DNA of 64,000 bases from an uncultured Spirochaetales bacterium. Lineage in GTDB: Bacteria > Spirochaetota > Spirochaetia > SPDA01 > CAYXSD01. The stretch is taken from the NCBI GenBank assembly GCA_964466335.1, contig CAYXSD010000002.1, positions 33,238 to 97,237 on the forward strand, in the 5' to 3' direction. The notes under the pieces are model-generated. The model did not search any database and was not told the origin of the DNA. It saw only the letters and a program-made list of their open reading frames with translations. Made by a program: the position numbers and the translations under genes. Shown here piece after piece: positions 28,513 to 38,616 of this stretch. The first letter of the stretch is position 1. Every line of letters starts with the position of its first letter.

Positions 28513-30848
28513 AAATACAGGATGATGTCCAAGCGGTATTAAACGCCGCTTACATGGACGCCCGAGACAGAAAACATGAATACCTTACCCCTGAGCATAT
28601 TCTTTTTGCGGCTCTTCACTTTGAGGAGACCCGGGAGATTGTGGAGGCTGCCGACGCGGACCCGGACAAGCTTCTAAAGGAGATAGAAGGACACCTCTCC
28701 GAGAAGGTCCCGGTAATTAAAAAGGGAGAACCGGTTCAAACTTTGGGGTTTCAGGAGGTTATTGAGAGGGCTGTAATCCACACTCAGTCCGCCCAAAAGG
28801 GCGAGGTGGATATGGGTGATGTACTGGTATCTATCCTGGATTCTGATCAATCCCACGCTTCTTATTTTATGAAAAAACTTGGTATTACCCGGCTCCGCCT
28901 TTTAGAGGCCATCTCCCATGAAGTGAAGAAAAGAGACGGGCAAGAACCGGTGCCAGCGGAAGGACCTGAAGCAGAGGAAGCAGAGAATGCTGATGGATTG
29001 GAAAAAGAGGGAAGAAAGAAAAAGGACAAGTACCTGGAGTCTTTTACCATAAACCTTACACAACGCGCCAGGGAGGGAAAGTTGGAACCCCTTATCGGAA
29101 GGGAAAACATCTTGGAACGAATTGTCCAAGTCCTCTGCAGAAGGATGAAAAACAATCCTGTCTTGGTTGGAGACCCCGGTGTTGGAAAAACCGCGATGGC
29201 GGAGGGTCTGGCCCAGAGGATCGCCGACGGCAAGGTCCCCGGGCTTTTGAAAGATTTCTCTCTTTATGCCCTGGATATGGGAAGCATGGTAGCCGGCACC
29301 CGTTTTAGGGGTGATTTTGAGGAACGGATGAAGCGGGTTTTAGGAGAGCTGGAGAAGAAGGAAAAGGTCGTTCTCTTTATAGACGAAATTCACACTGTAA
29401 TCGGCGCGGGAGCGGTAAGCGGCGGGGCTATGGACGCTTCCAACCTTCTGAAGCCGGCCCTCGCAACGGGAAAGCTTCGGTGTATCGGTTCTACCACCTA
29501 CGATGAGCTGAAGAAGTTTTTTGAAAAGGACAGGGCACTCTCCCGTCGATTTCAGAAAATAGAGATACCCGAGACCAATCGGGAGGAAACGGTAGCGATT
29601 CTTCAGGGACTGAAGGAACGTTACGAGGAATACCACAACGTCTTTTTTTCCAATGAAGCGGTGGAAACAACGGTAGACCTCTCTATTCAGTATATCAATG
29701 ATAGATTTCTCCCGGACAAAGCCATCGATGTAATGGATGAAGCGGGGGCCTATATAAGAATCCTTAATTTTCGTGAGGACAAGGAAGAGAGCGAACAAGT
29801 ACCCGTGGAAGCGGAGGTCATTGAGTCGGTGGTCTCAAAGATGGCCAATGTTCCGGTGAAGTCGGTAACGGTGAACGAGAAAGACCGTCTTAAGAGCTTG
29901 GAAGAAGATTTAAGGCGATACGTATACGGCCAGGATGAAGCCGTAAAAGAAGTGACTTCGGCGGTGAAGCGCTCCAGGGCCGGATTTAGAGAGCCGGACA
30001 AACCGGTGGCAAGTTTTCTCTTCGTTGGACCGACCGGAGTGGGAAAAACGGAGTTGGCCCGCCAGCTGGCCTCTACCTTGGATGTGGCCCTGCATCGGTT
30101 CGATATGAGTGAGTACCAGGAAAAGCACACCGTTGCCCGCCTTATCGGTTCCCCGCCGGGCTATGTCGGGTACGAGGAGGGAGGGCTCTTGACCGACACT
30201 ATTCGTAAAACTCCCCACGCTGTTCTCCTTCTCGACGAAATCGAAAAGGCACATCAGGATGTGTACAATGTTCTCCTCCAGATGATGGATTATGCAACCG
30301 TGACAGATAATACCGGAAGAAAGGCGGATTTTAGAAACGTTATTATTATTATGACCTCCAATGCCGGGGCCAGGGACCTTGGGAAAGCGATGATAGGTTT
30401 CGGTGATACTACTATTTCCGCGGACGGTGTTCAGCGGGAGGTGGAACGGATTTTTTCTCCCGAGTTTAGAAATCGCTTGGATAAAATTGTTGCTTTTTCC
30501 AGGTTGAACAATGAAATCGTCCTTCAGATTGTGGCTAAAGAGATCAGGGCCTTTCAGATGCAGTTGGCCGAGAAGGGAGTCTCTCTGGAGGTCACCCCTG
30601 CTATGCGTCAGTGGCTTGCCGAGGAGGGATATTCTTCTGAGTTCGGTGCTCGGAACGTCTCCCGGCTCATTCAGGACAAGGTCAAGTCCTACTTCGTAGA
30701 TGCCGTTCTTTTCGGTGAGCTGAGCAACGGCGGAAGTGCTCGGGTGGATGTAAAAGACGGCGAGGTCATATTCGAGACCGAAGGAAAATCCCGGACCGAG
30801 GAAAAACCGGAACGTACTAAGGAAGCCGAATCACCAGAGGCGGAATAA
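28491..30848 (+). CDS. clpA: ATP-dependent Clp protease ATP-binding subunit ClpA
   Basis: Clp N-domain followed by two AAA+ modules (GDPGVGKTA and GPTGVGKTE Walker A; LDEIEKAH sensor). The true start may be M at 28509. Confidence 0.85.
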   Translation: MHHGESMKIQDDVQAVLNAAYMDARDRKHEYLTPEHILFAALHFEETREIVEAADADPDKLLKEIEGHLSEKVPVIKKGEPVQTLGFQEVIERAVIHTQSAQKGEVDMGDVLVSILDSDQSHASYFMKKLGITRLRLLEAISHEVKKRDGQEPVPAEGPEAEEAENADGLEKEGRKKKDKYLESFTINLTQRAREGKLEPLIGRENILERIVQVLCRRMKNNPVLVGDPGVGKTAMAEGLAQRIADGKVPGLLKDFSLYALDMGSMVAGTRFRGDFEERMKRVLGELEKKEKVVLFIDEIHTVIGAGAVSGGAMDASNLLKPALATGKLRCIGSTTYDELKKFFEKDRALSRRFQKIEIPETNREETVAILQGLKERYEEYHNVFFSNEAVETTVDLSIQYINDRFLPDKAIDVMDEAGAYIRILNFREDKEESEQVPVEAEVIESVVSKMANVPVKSVTVNEKDRLKSLEEDLRRYVYGQDEAVKEVTSAVKRSRAGFREPDKPVASFLFVGPTGVGKTELARQLASTLDVALHRFDMSEYQEKHTVARLIGSPPGYVGYEEGGLLTDTIRKTPHAVLLLDEIEKAHQDVYNVLLQMMDYATVTDNTGRKADFRNVIIIMTSNAGARDLGKAMIGFGDTTISADGVQREVERIFSPEFRNRLDKIVAFSRLNNEIVLQIVAKEIRAFQMQLAEKGVSLEVTPAMRQWLAEEGYSSEFGARNVSRLIQDKVKSYFVDAVLFGELSNGGSARVDVKDGEVIFETEGKSRTEEKPERTKEAESPEAE

Positions 30849-30855
30849 ATCCCCC

Positions 30856-31596
30856 ATGGACCCATTTTTTCTTCCCCCTCAATTCCCCTATTTAGATCTT
30901 AACGAAGGTTTCCCCTTTCCCCATTACTCGAAAAGCAGCCCCGAAGGAATTCTGGTGGTGGGGGGGAACACCAGTCCGGGTATGCTCCTCTCCGCCTACA
31001 GTCAGGGGATCTTCCCTTGGTATTCCCCTGGTCAGCCCATCCTATGGTGGTCGCCGGACCCGCGGTTTGTTCTTTTCCCCGGGGAACTCCACATTCCCAA
31101 GAGAATGAAGAGGAGTATGGGCCAACGGCCTTTTCGCGTTACTATGGATATGGATTTCCGCGGGGTCATTCGTTCCTGTGCTGAAACCCCGAGACAGCAC
31201 GAAACGGGGACCTGGATCACCGAAGAGATGATAGAGGGGTACATTCGTTTCCATGAGCTGGGCTACGCCCACAGTGTGGAGGCCTGGAGCGAGGAGGAAC
31301 TGGTCGGCGGTGTATACGGGGTCTCCTTAGGGAGGTGTTTTTTTGGTGAGTCTATGTTTACCCGGAAATCCAACGCGTCGAAAATTGCCCTTTTTACACT
31401 GGTGGAAGTGCTTGAGAATGAGGGGTTTCATATAGTGGACTGTCAGGTTTATACGGAAAATTTGGAACGTTTCGGCGCCAGGGATATCTCCCGGCCGCGA
31501 TTCTATGAGCATTTGGCCGTGGGTATGCAGGGTGAAACCCTAAGAGGTAAATGGAACTACAATTTCGAAACTAAGCGCATCAGTATCGGCCGATGA
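30856..31596 (+). CDS. aat: Leucyl/phenylalanyl-tRNA--protein transferase
   Basis: The Aat motifs are GIFPWYSPGQPILWWSPDPR and GESMFTR. It forms a classic clpS-clpA-aat N-end-rule cluster. Confidence 0.8.
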   Translation: MDPFFLPPQFPYLDLNEGFPFPHYSKSSPEGILVVGGNTSPGMLLSAYSQGIFPWYSPGQPILWWSPDPRFVLFPGELHIPKRMKRSMGQRPFRVTMDMDFRGVIRSCAETPRQHETGTWITEEMIEGYIRFHELGYAHSVEAWSEEELVGGVYGVSLGRCFFGESMFTRKSNASKIALFTLVEVLENEGFHIVDCQVYTENLERFGARDISRPRFYEHLAVGMQGETLRGKWNYNFETKRISIGR

Positions 31597-32717
31597 ATGG
31601 AGACCGCATTCTCCGGACAGAGTTCCTGACAGCAGAAACAGCGTATACATCCCTTTAGATCTACCTCCGGCCGATTGTTAACCATGCTAATAACCCCCGC
31701 CGGGCAGTCTCTCGCACAGACACCGCAGCCGATGCAGGTATCGTGGTGGAAAACCGGCTTCGGCCGAAGCAGGGAATTAACAATTTTCCCCGCCCGTTTT
31801 CCTCCGAGCATGTTGATCGAGTTCGACGGAGGCATTGTGTAGTTGTTCTGAACATAGGAGCTCAGGGGTTCACCCACAATGTGGAGGGACTCCGGGGAGC
31901 TTTTAGCGAGCCCCCGATCTTCCGCCAACCGGATGGAAGGTACATTGGATGGGTCCATCCCCATAATGGCGGCGGCGGCCACATCTAAGTGAAAAGGGCT
32001 TGGTGAAGCAAGGACCACTCCCACCTCCCGGGGCTCTCCCCCGGAGGGTCCCGCGCCCTCCATCCCGATAATGCCGTCCATAAAGGAGAGAACCGGAGGC
32101 GCCGCCAGGCAGATATCGATGAGGGCGTCGGAAAAATCCTCTACCCGCTGCATTTTAAAGTGATACTCCGCCTTTTGTACCCCCGGCACCACACCAAACA
32201 TATTTTTCACCGCCCCGGTCATTGTGGTAAGCGAGTGGGTCTTGAGTTTGGCAACGGATATGATTTTATCAGCTTCCCTTGCAAAGGATGCCATAGTAAG
32301 CTGTTTTAAGGCCCGGGCTTTCTCATTTTTCACCTCTTCCATCTCTGTGTTGAAGTTCAGTTCAGCCCCTGTCTCCTCGGCTACGGCAGTTATTCCGCAG
32401 CCGTTGTATACGAGTTTGAGCATGTTCTTGCTGAAAGGACCTCCCGGGCTGTCCCCTAAAATGACTCGAGCGCCGTATTCAATCAACACTTCTGCCAGTA
32501 CCTTTACAAAGGTCGGGTGGGTGGTGACCGCGGCTTCCGGCTTCTTTCTCATTAATAAATTGAGTTTTAAGAGGACCTTCTCTCCCGGTTTTATGTATTG
32601 CTCTATTCCGCCAAGGTTGGTAAAACTCTTTTCTACAGCACTTCTAAGTTGGTACTCCTCATAGGCGGGACATCCTTCAAGGGAGACTACAGGGCCCTGG
32701 GTGGTTTGTTTTTTCAT
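31557..32717 (-). CDS. DUF362-domain protein with a C-terminal 2x[4Fe-4S] ferredoxin domain
   Basis: The C-terminus carries CIGCGVCARDCP and CIRCFCCQELCP. The N-terminal 300 aa have a DUF362-like architecture. Confidence 0.5.
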   Translation of the reverse strand: MKKQTTQGPVVSLEGCPAYEEYQLRSAVEKSFTNLGGIEQYIKPGEKVLLKLNLLMRKKPEAAVTTHPTFVKVLAEVLIEYGARVILGDSPGGPFSKNMLKLVYNGCGITAVAEETGAELNFNTEMEEVKNEKARALKQLTMASFAREADKIISVAKLKTHSLTTMTGAVKNMFGVVPGVQKAEYHFKMQRVEDFSDALIDICLAAPPVLSFMDGIIGMEGAGPSGGEPREVGVVLASPSPFHLDVAAAAIMGMDPSNVPSIRLAEDRGLAKSSPESLHIVGEPLSSYVQNNYTMPPSNSINMLGGKRAGKIVNSLLRPKPVFHHDTCIGCGVCARDCPAGVISMVNNRPEVDLKGCIRCFCCQELCPENAVSIHRPILMRLVSKL

Positions 32718-32818
32718 ATGCTTTTTATTCTCCTTTCCTTTCCATAGCGGGGGGTATGAGGGGCCCGCTTGACGGTTCGGCCAAGTATTATAGTTAGTCT
32801 AATCTAATATAGTCTAAT

Positions 32819-34480
32819 CTAGTACTTAAACCAGCTGTCTCCGATGAATTCCCTCAGAATAGAGTCATCCGGAACGTACTTCGCCGGGATCGGATTGAAG
32901 TTGTTGAGGAAGTCCATCAGCCTCACCGCCTCGGTGTACTCCTGGTTATAGGGTTTTACCGATTTCAAAAGCGGCTCGGCATAGACTTGGAGCACCGCCA
33001 GCTCGTAATCCAGGGCAGAGTTGAAAGCGGAATCCGCGTTGTTCTGAAAGGGGAAGATGTTCTTCTTTTCTCCCCTCCGAACGGAGGCCCACATAGAGAG
33101 AGTGTTTAAAGCGGTGTGTCCTCGAAAATTGTAGTCCCGTACCATTCGTCTTAGAAGCCGGTTGTCCGTAGTGGGGATCCGGTTCTGGTCGTCCAGGTTC
33201 AGTTGGGTCAAAGCGGAAACGTAGATCTTGTACTTTTTTTCCTCCGGTACTTGGGGAGTCAGACTGGGATTGAGACCGTGAATGCCCTCAAGCAGGAGGA
33301 TAGATCGATTGCCCATTTTTAGGGGTTTCCCTTCGCCAATCCTGGTACCTGTAATGAAATCAAAACTGGGAATGTACACTTCCTCGCCCTGAAAGAGGGC
33401 CATAAGGTGCTTATTGAGGAGGTCCACATCAATGGCTTTTATATTCTCAAAGTCATAATCTCCGTTTTCATCTCTCGGCGTTAGGTTTCGGGTAACGAAG
33501 TAGTCGTCCAATGAAATCACCACAGGGTTGAACCCGATTACCCGAAGCTGAATGGCCAGCTTTTTTGTAAAGGTTGTTTTCCCGGAGGAGGAAGGCCCGG
33601 CAATGAGCACCACCCCCAGGGTGCCTTTCCTGGTAAGGATTTTATCGGCGATCTCCGCGATTTTCTTGTTGTGAAGGGCCTCGGCCACGCGAATAAATTC
33701 TCTCAGTTTCGGTGTGCGGCTTATCTCATTGAGCTTTCCCGCGGAGTTGAGGTTAAGGATCTTTCCCCAGGCCTTGTACTCCTGGTATACCGAAAAGAGG
33801 ACCGGGTTGTCTTCGAAGGGTTTTACATGGTAGGGAGACTGCTTTTCCGGGTAGCGGAGGAGGAACCCCGGCGGATACTCGATAATTTCGTAGGTGGATA
33901 GGGTCCCTGTGGAGGGCACCAGGGGGCCATGGGCGATATCGAGGAAGTCATTACACTGATAGGTGGGAATTCTACTTTCATTTCGGTGTTTCAGCAGGAG
34001 GGCGGTGTCTATGTGCCGGCTCTTTTCAAAGTAATCTAGGGCTTCCTGGTAGGAAATAACTTTTCGTTGGATGGGAATATCCGATTCTACCAATCTTCCC
34101 ATCTCTTCCTTAAGGAGTTGAATGTCTTCGCTGCTTGCGCCGGTGCTGTCATCAAAGTAGAAATAATATCCATCCCCTAATGAGTGTCCTATAATAAGCC
34201 GCCTCTCGGGGAAGACCTTTTTCGCGACCATAGAGACGAGAAAGCTCAACGATCTTCGGTAAATTCCCGCCCCCTGATCACTGTTTAAAAGGACTGGTTT
34301 TACAGTACAATTTATCTCTACCTTGTAGGTTATACTGGTAAGGTTGTAGTCCACTAGGGCACCCACAATGGGATAAGGGGGGTCTTGGAATTCCTTATCT
34401 TTAAGGATGTCCTTTACTCGGGTGCCGTAGGGGTATGCCTTTTTTTTGCCTGAAGGGAGGGTTACGGTAACATTGTTCAT
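32819..34480 (-). CDS. TGS-domain / uridine kinase (PRK/Udk family) fusion protein
   Basis: The N-terminal TGS-like beta-grasp begins MNNVTVTLPSGKKKAYPYGTRV. The Walker A motif is GPSSSGKTTFTKKLA, followed by ISLDDYF as in uridine/cytidine kinases. Confidence 0.6.
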   Translation of the reverse strand: MNNVTVTLPSGKKKAYPYGTRVKDILKDKEFQDPPYPIVGALVDYNLTSITYKVEINCTVKPVLLNSDQGAGIYRRSLSFLVSMVAKKVFPERRLIIGHSLGDGYYFYFDDSTGASSEDIQLLKEEMGRLVESDIPIQRKVISYQEALDYFEKSRHIDTALLLKHRNESRIPTYQCNDFLDIAHGPLVPSTGTLSTYEIIEYPPGFLLRYPEKQSPYHVKPFEDNPVLFSVYQEYKAWGKILNLNSAGKLNEISRTPKLREFIRVAEALHNKKIAEIADKILTRKGTLGVVLIAGPSSSGKTTFTKKLAIQLRVIGFNPVVISLDDYFVTRNLTPRDENGDYDFENIKAIDVDLLNKHLMALFQGEEVYIPSFDFITGTRIGEGKPLKMGNRSILLLEGIHGLNPSLTPQVPEEKKYKIYVSALTQLNLDDQNRIPTTDNRLLRRMVRDYNFRGHTALNTLSMWASVRRGEKKNIFPFQNNADSAFNSALDYELAVLQVYAEPLLKSVKPYNQEYTEAVRLMDFLNNFNPIPAKYVPDDSILREFIGDSWFKY

Positions 34481-34515
34481 AGTGTTCTCTCGTTATTGTT
34501 AGATTCTTTGAAGAC

Positions 34516-35685
34516 TTACTTTCCGCTTAGTTCTTGAATTTCCTTCTGTGTAAGGGGCCTGGCAATCTCGATCTCCCCGCCCTTTTGTGTATGGAGAATC
34601 GGTCTTTCTCGTATTAAGGCCCCCTTTTCGTCCATGAGGAGCCGTACGGTCGGATGTCTGGGGTCTTCTGAATTTGTCTCGGTTACCACGGCACGACTTC
34701 CGTTGGAGAGAAGGACGTAGGTCCCAAGGGGATAGAGACTCAGGGTAAAAACCAAAATCCTTATAATCTGTTCATCGAATTGGTGTCCAGTGTTTTTTAG
34801 GAGGTCCATAATTCCTGTATGTCCGTCTGAGGCCTCTCTGTAGGGACGATCGGAAACAATAGCCACATAGCTTCCCGCCACGGCAATGAGTTTTGCGTAA
34901 AAGGATATCTTTTCATTGGCGATTCCCCGAGGGTATCCGGAGCCATCGATCTTTTCTTGATGCTCTAACACGGCCCTGCAGACATTCATGGGGAACCCAA
35001 GACCCTTTAGGATCCTAAAACCCAAAATTGGATAGGCGGTAATGGCCTTCCTCTCCTGCGCTGTGAGGGCGTTTCCGCTCTGATATATTTGAGGAGGAAT
35101 TCTCAGCATTCCGATCTTGTGAAGGATGCCTGCAATACCAATTTCGATTTGTTTAAAGAGGGGGATTTTCATTACCTCACTGAGAATCAGGACCATAAAG
35201 GTGGTCTTTATCGATTGGGATGTCAGGTAGGATTCGGTATCTGTTTTAAGGTCATTGAAACGGAGGAAGTATTTTTTGTTTTCCTTCAATTTAGCTATGA
35301 TCTCTTTAATCTTGTCGGCAATTTCATCGATCTTACAGTCATTTTTCTGGATGTACCGATCAAAAACAGTGGAAAGCCAGGCGCATGTATCCTGGTAAAA
35401 CCGGATTGACTCGTCTCTCTTTTTCTGTTCCTCGATACCGCTCTCCAGGGTGGCGGTCCCTTCACCTGAATCTTCCGCATCCATGGCAGGGATGGGGCCC
35501 TCCGGAGGTTCCTCAGATGGGGTCCCGTCGCTTAATACCTTGGGTATGTCCCACTCCTGAAGGCGTTTTTTTAGCTCTTCTGTGACGGGAATATCCGGGG
35601 AGAGGAGGATGTATTTATCATCCAAATAGACAGGTTGGTCGATATAGTAGCCTTCCGGCAGGTTTTGTACGCTGATTTCTTTCAT
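34516..35685 (-). CDS. HD-GYP domain protein (putative c-di-GMP phosphodiesterase)
   Basis: HD motif (GILHKIG...H) and a GYP motif in HQEKIDGSGYPRG. Confidence 0.7.
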   Translation of the reverse strand: MKEISVQNLPEGYYIDQPVYLDDKYILLSPDIPVTEELKKRLQEWDIPKVLSDGTPSEEPPEGPIPAMDAEDSGEGTATLESGIEEQKKRDESIRFYQDTCAWLSTVFDRYIQKNDCKIDEIADKIKEIIAKLKENKKYFLRFNDLKTDTESYLTSQSIKTTFMVLILSEVMKIPLFKQIEIGIAGILHKIGMLRIPPQIYQSGNALTAQERKAITAYPILGFRILKGLGFPMNVCRAVLEHQEKIDGSGYPRGIANEKISFYAKLIAVAGSYVAIVSDRPYREASDGHTGIMDLLKNTGHQFDEQIIRILVFTLSLYPLGTYVLLSNGSRAVVTETNSEDPRHPTVRLLMDEKGALIRERPILHTQKGGEIEIARPLTQKEIQELSGK

Positions 35686-35768
35686 TAGATAAATCGTTGA
35701 CCTCTTAGTTTAAATAAAATACACTTCTTATACAGCCGCTTTCAAGATTACCCGAACCAATTTAAAAA

Positions 35769-36677
35769 TTGGTTGATTTGAAAGCGGCCCTACCTATTAT
35801 TATAGGAGAATTAGGTGTGAAATTTAAGACTATTTTCATTTTGTTTAATGTGGTTATCCTCATCTCCTTTCTTTTCATCTATTTAATGCCCCTTTTCATG
35901 CTGGGCTGGGAGTTTACCACAATCTTCTGGCAAAAGAATTGGGTGCTTCCTGTTATTTTCATTATAGTTCTTATTGGACTAAATGTCTATTTCGCCTATA
36001 ACAGAAAACTCTTTCAGCTCTTGGAGAAGGAAGATTGGGTGGGATTGTTGGAATACCTGGAGGAGGAGATCTATCAGAAACAGCGAATAACAAAACAGAA
36101 GGTCCGAGTTCTTATAAACGCCACTTTAGTACTCTCCAAACCCTACGAGATCTATCGTTTAGAAACCTTTCTTCAGGATAAAAAACCCCAATATCGAAGG
36201 GATTTTGCCCTCTCTTTGGGGGTGCCCTATCTACTGGAGAACAACCCTCAAAAGATGGAGCTCTTCTTTAAGGAATTTCTGGACCTCTCCGGAGTCGAGG
36301 GGCTCTGGGTCCGCTGGGATTACGGATTTGCCCTTCTTCTGGGTGGGAAACGAGAGGAATCCCGCAAAGAACTTATGAAGGTCTCAGAGAGAGCTAAAGA
36401 GCCTGTCCTTCTTACTCTTACCGGCTATCTATTAGAGTCCTTTGCAGAGGAGAGTGAGGAGGCTGTGGAACGGGTAAGGAGCATCCGGGACCGGGTAAAG
36501 AAAGGGTATACGAAGTGCCGCTTTGAGAAGGAGATTGAAAAGAGCAAGGCCAACGTACAGGCGGTAATCCTTATTCGACTGATTCAGGATGCTACTAAGT
36601 GGCTCTACGGCGAGGAGACTGAGGAGACAGAAATACCTTTAGAAGAGGCCAGTGGCGGGGAACTTACCCAAGAATAA
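35769..36677 (+). CDS. Hypothetical membrane protein with two N-terminal TM helices and a cytoplasmic alpha-helical domain
   Basis: Hydrophobic N-terminus and a charged, helical C-terminus. No recognisable motif. Confidence 0.4.
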   Translation: MVDLKAALPIIIGELGVKFKTIFILFNVVILISFLFIYLMPLFMLGWEFTTIFWQKNWVLPVIFIIVLIGLNVYFAYNRKLFQLLEKEDWVGLLEYLEEEIYQKQRITKQKVRVLINATLVLSKPYEIYRLETFLQDKKPQYRRDFALSLGVPYLLENNPQKMELFFKEFLDLSGVEGLWVRWDYGFALLLGGKREESRKELMKVSERAKEPVLLTLTGYLLESFAEESEEAVERVRSIRDRVKKGYTKCRFEKEIEKSKANVQAVILIRLIQDATKWLYGEETEETEIPLEEASGGELTQE

Positions 36678-36811
36678 AACCGGCAGGGGAGTATCTCCTA
36701 AGGGAGTATCTCCTATGAGGGTTATGGAAAAAAGTGCTTTCCTTTTGGTTGTAAAATCACTCTTTTTTCGTAATACTATCTAGGGTGGCTTTATCTGCGT
36801 AGGAGGCAGAC

Positions 36812-38131
36812 ATGTTTAAAATAGTATTCTCGGTTCTTGTTGTACTTTCCGCGGTCCTTTCGCTTTTTATCTATCCCTGGGTCCTCTCAATTACCACCGT
36901 TGTACTGGGAGGACTCTTAGTAATGCTCCATATCTGGGAGGCGATAGATAAGAGAGGTCCTTCGAGTATTCCTGGGGGGGAAGAGGAGAGTGAAACCGGG
37001 ATAACGGTGTATGAAGCTAATGAGGAACAGGAAGCATTGAAGCAGGAGATTTCCAAGTTGGAGGAACAGCTTGAGGCGAAAGACAATTTTCAAGGTAATG
37101 CTTTCCTCGGGTTTAAACGCTTCGCTTTTTCCATACCCATTGTAGAAAAACTAGGTGAAATTATTATTAAAAAGAGTGAGAATTCCACTGTAGAAGTGAC
37201 TAACTCCATCTTTTCCATAGCTGAGCAGAGTAAGGAGGTTGGGCAAAACATAGAGGATATGCTGAACAGACTCACCAGCGGCAGCACGGGACTTCAGAAT
37301 GTCACCGATGAGCTTATGGAAGGGGTCAAGAACTTTCAGGACCTTATAGGCAGGTTTAAATCCATTAGCCGAAGCTACCATGAGGATATGGGAGTAATTG
37401 AAGAGACGGTGGGACAGATTAACAATTTCACCGAGGATATTACCGATTTGGCAGACCAGACCAGTATTTTGGCAATTAATGCATCTATTGAAGCTGCCAG
37501 GGTTGGAGAGAAGGGGAAGGGATTCGCTGTTATTGCGGGGGAGGTCCAGGAACTATCGAGAAAATCAAAGAATATTGCCGATCAGATCAACGATAGGATC
37601 AAAGAAACGGCAGTTACCGTAGATGAATCCTTTACCAAACAATCGGAACACATTCAAAGTGCCATACAGGTAATGGAAGAGTCTCAGAGTTCCCTGCATA
37701 GAGTTTCGGAGATTATCCTAAAGCAGACACAGACCGTAACGGATTCCACCAAAGAGACGGAGAAGCTGTCAGGCACTGTCACGGAGAGCCTTAATAAGGT
37801 GATTACCTCTCTCCAGTTCCAGGACATTATTCGCCAGGTCACAGAACATATTATGGAAGTCCTGAAAGAGGCGGAAAGGAATTGTGAAAAAACCTTTCAG
37901 GGTTTACAATTAGAGAACACCCTGGATTCTGAAATGGTAAAAGAGGAAGTAAGAAAACAAGCATCCTCCTACTTTTCAGTGAAGGAGGAGTGGGAAGCTC
38001 TGGATATGGGAATTGATGAAGATCAGACGCAGGGGACCCAGGAAAGGGAGGACGAGGAATCGGGGATCGAGGAATTGGAAACGGAGGAATCGAAAAGGAA
38101 GGACCTCCAAGGAGATGTTACGTTATTTTAA
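36812..38131 (+). CDS. Methyl-accepting chemotaxis protein with an N-terminal TM hairpin and no periplasmic sensor domain
   Basis: The MCP signalling-domain core is ADQTSILAINASIEAARVGEKGKGFAVIAGEVQELS. A short TM hairpin occupies residues 1-45. Confidence 0.8.
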   Translation: MFKIVFSVLVVLSAVLSLFIYPWVLSITTVVLGGLLVMLHIWEAIDKRGPSSIPGGEEESETGITVYEANEEQEALKQEISKLEEQLEAKDNFQGNAFLGFKRFAFSIPIVEKLGEIIIKKSENSTVEVTNSIFSIAEQSKEVGQNIEDMLNRLTSGSTGLQNVTDELMEGVKNFQDLIGRFKSISRSYHEDMGVIEETVGQINNFTEDITDLADQTSILAINASIEAARVGEKGKGFAVIAGEVQELSRKSKNIADQINDRIKETAVTVDESFTKQSEHIQSAIQVMEESQSSLHRVSEIILKQTQTVTDSTKETEKLSGTVTESLNKVITSLQFQDIIRQVTEHIMEVLKEAERNCEKTFQGLQLENTLDSEMVKEEVRKQASSYFSVKEEWEALDMGIDEDQTQGTQEREDEESGIEELETEESKRKDLQGDVTLF

Positions 38132-38230
38132 CTTCAATGCCGATGGCAGAGGTAATAAGAATAAAACGTGAGGTTCTTGCAAAATTGCTTAATTTTGAAA
38201 GCGGCTGACGTGAAAGAAGAGGAGCTATAA

Positions 38231-38596
38231 ATGAGTAAGAAAGTAATGTGTGTTGATGACAGTTCTACCATACGAATGCTTGTAAAAAAAGCCCTGGAAC
38301 CGGAAGGATTCGAAATCGTTGAAGCTGAAAACGGTCAGGACGGGTTGGACAAGCTCTCCGGTCAGGATATTAGTGTTTTTATCGTCGATGTAAACATGCC
38401 GGTGATGGACGGATTTGACTTTGTAAAGGAAATTCGCGGAAAGAGCGATTTCGCCTCCACGCCCATTGTGTTTCTTACTACTGAAAGCTCGGCCCAAAAG
38501 AAACAGATGGGAAAGGAACTTGGTGTGAATGGATGGATAGTCAAACCCTTCGACCCTCCCTCGCTGGTGAAGGTTGTCAACATGTTGGTTGGCTGA
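38231..38596 (+). CDS. cheY: Chemotaxis response regulator CheY
   Basis: 121 aa single REC domain (DD, D in IVDVNMP, T in LTTE, K in VKPF). It sits immediately upstream of cheA. Confidence 0.8.
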   Translation: MSKKVMCVDDSSTIRMLVKKALEPEGFEIVEAENGQDGLDKLSGQDISVFIVDVNMPVMDGFDFVKEIRGKSDFASTPIVFLTTESSAQKKQMGKELGVNGWIVKPFDPPSLVKVVNMLVG

Positions 38597-38616
38597 GGGG
38601 TATAGGCTGAAAAGCA

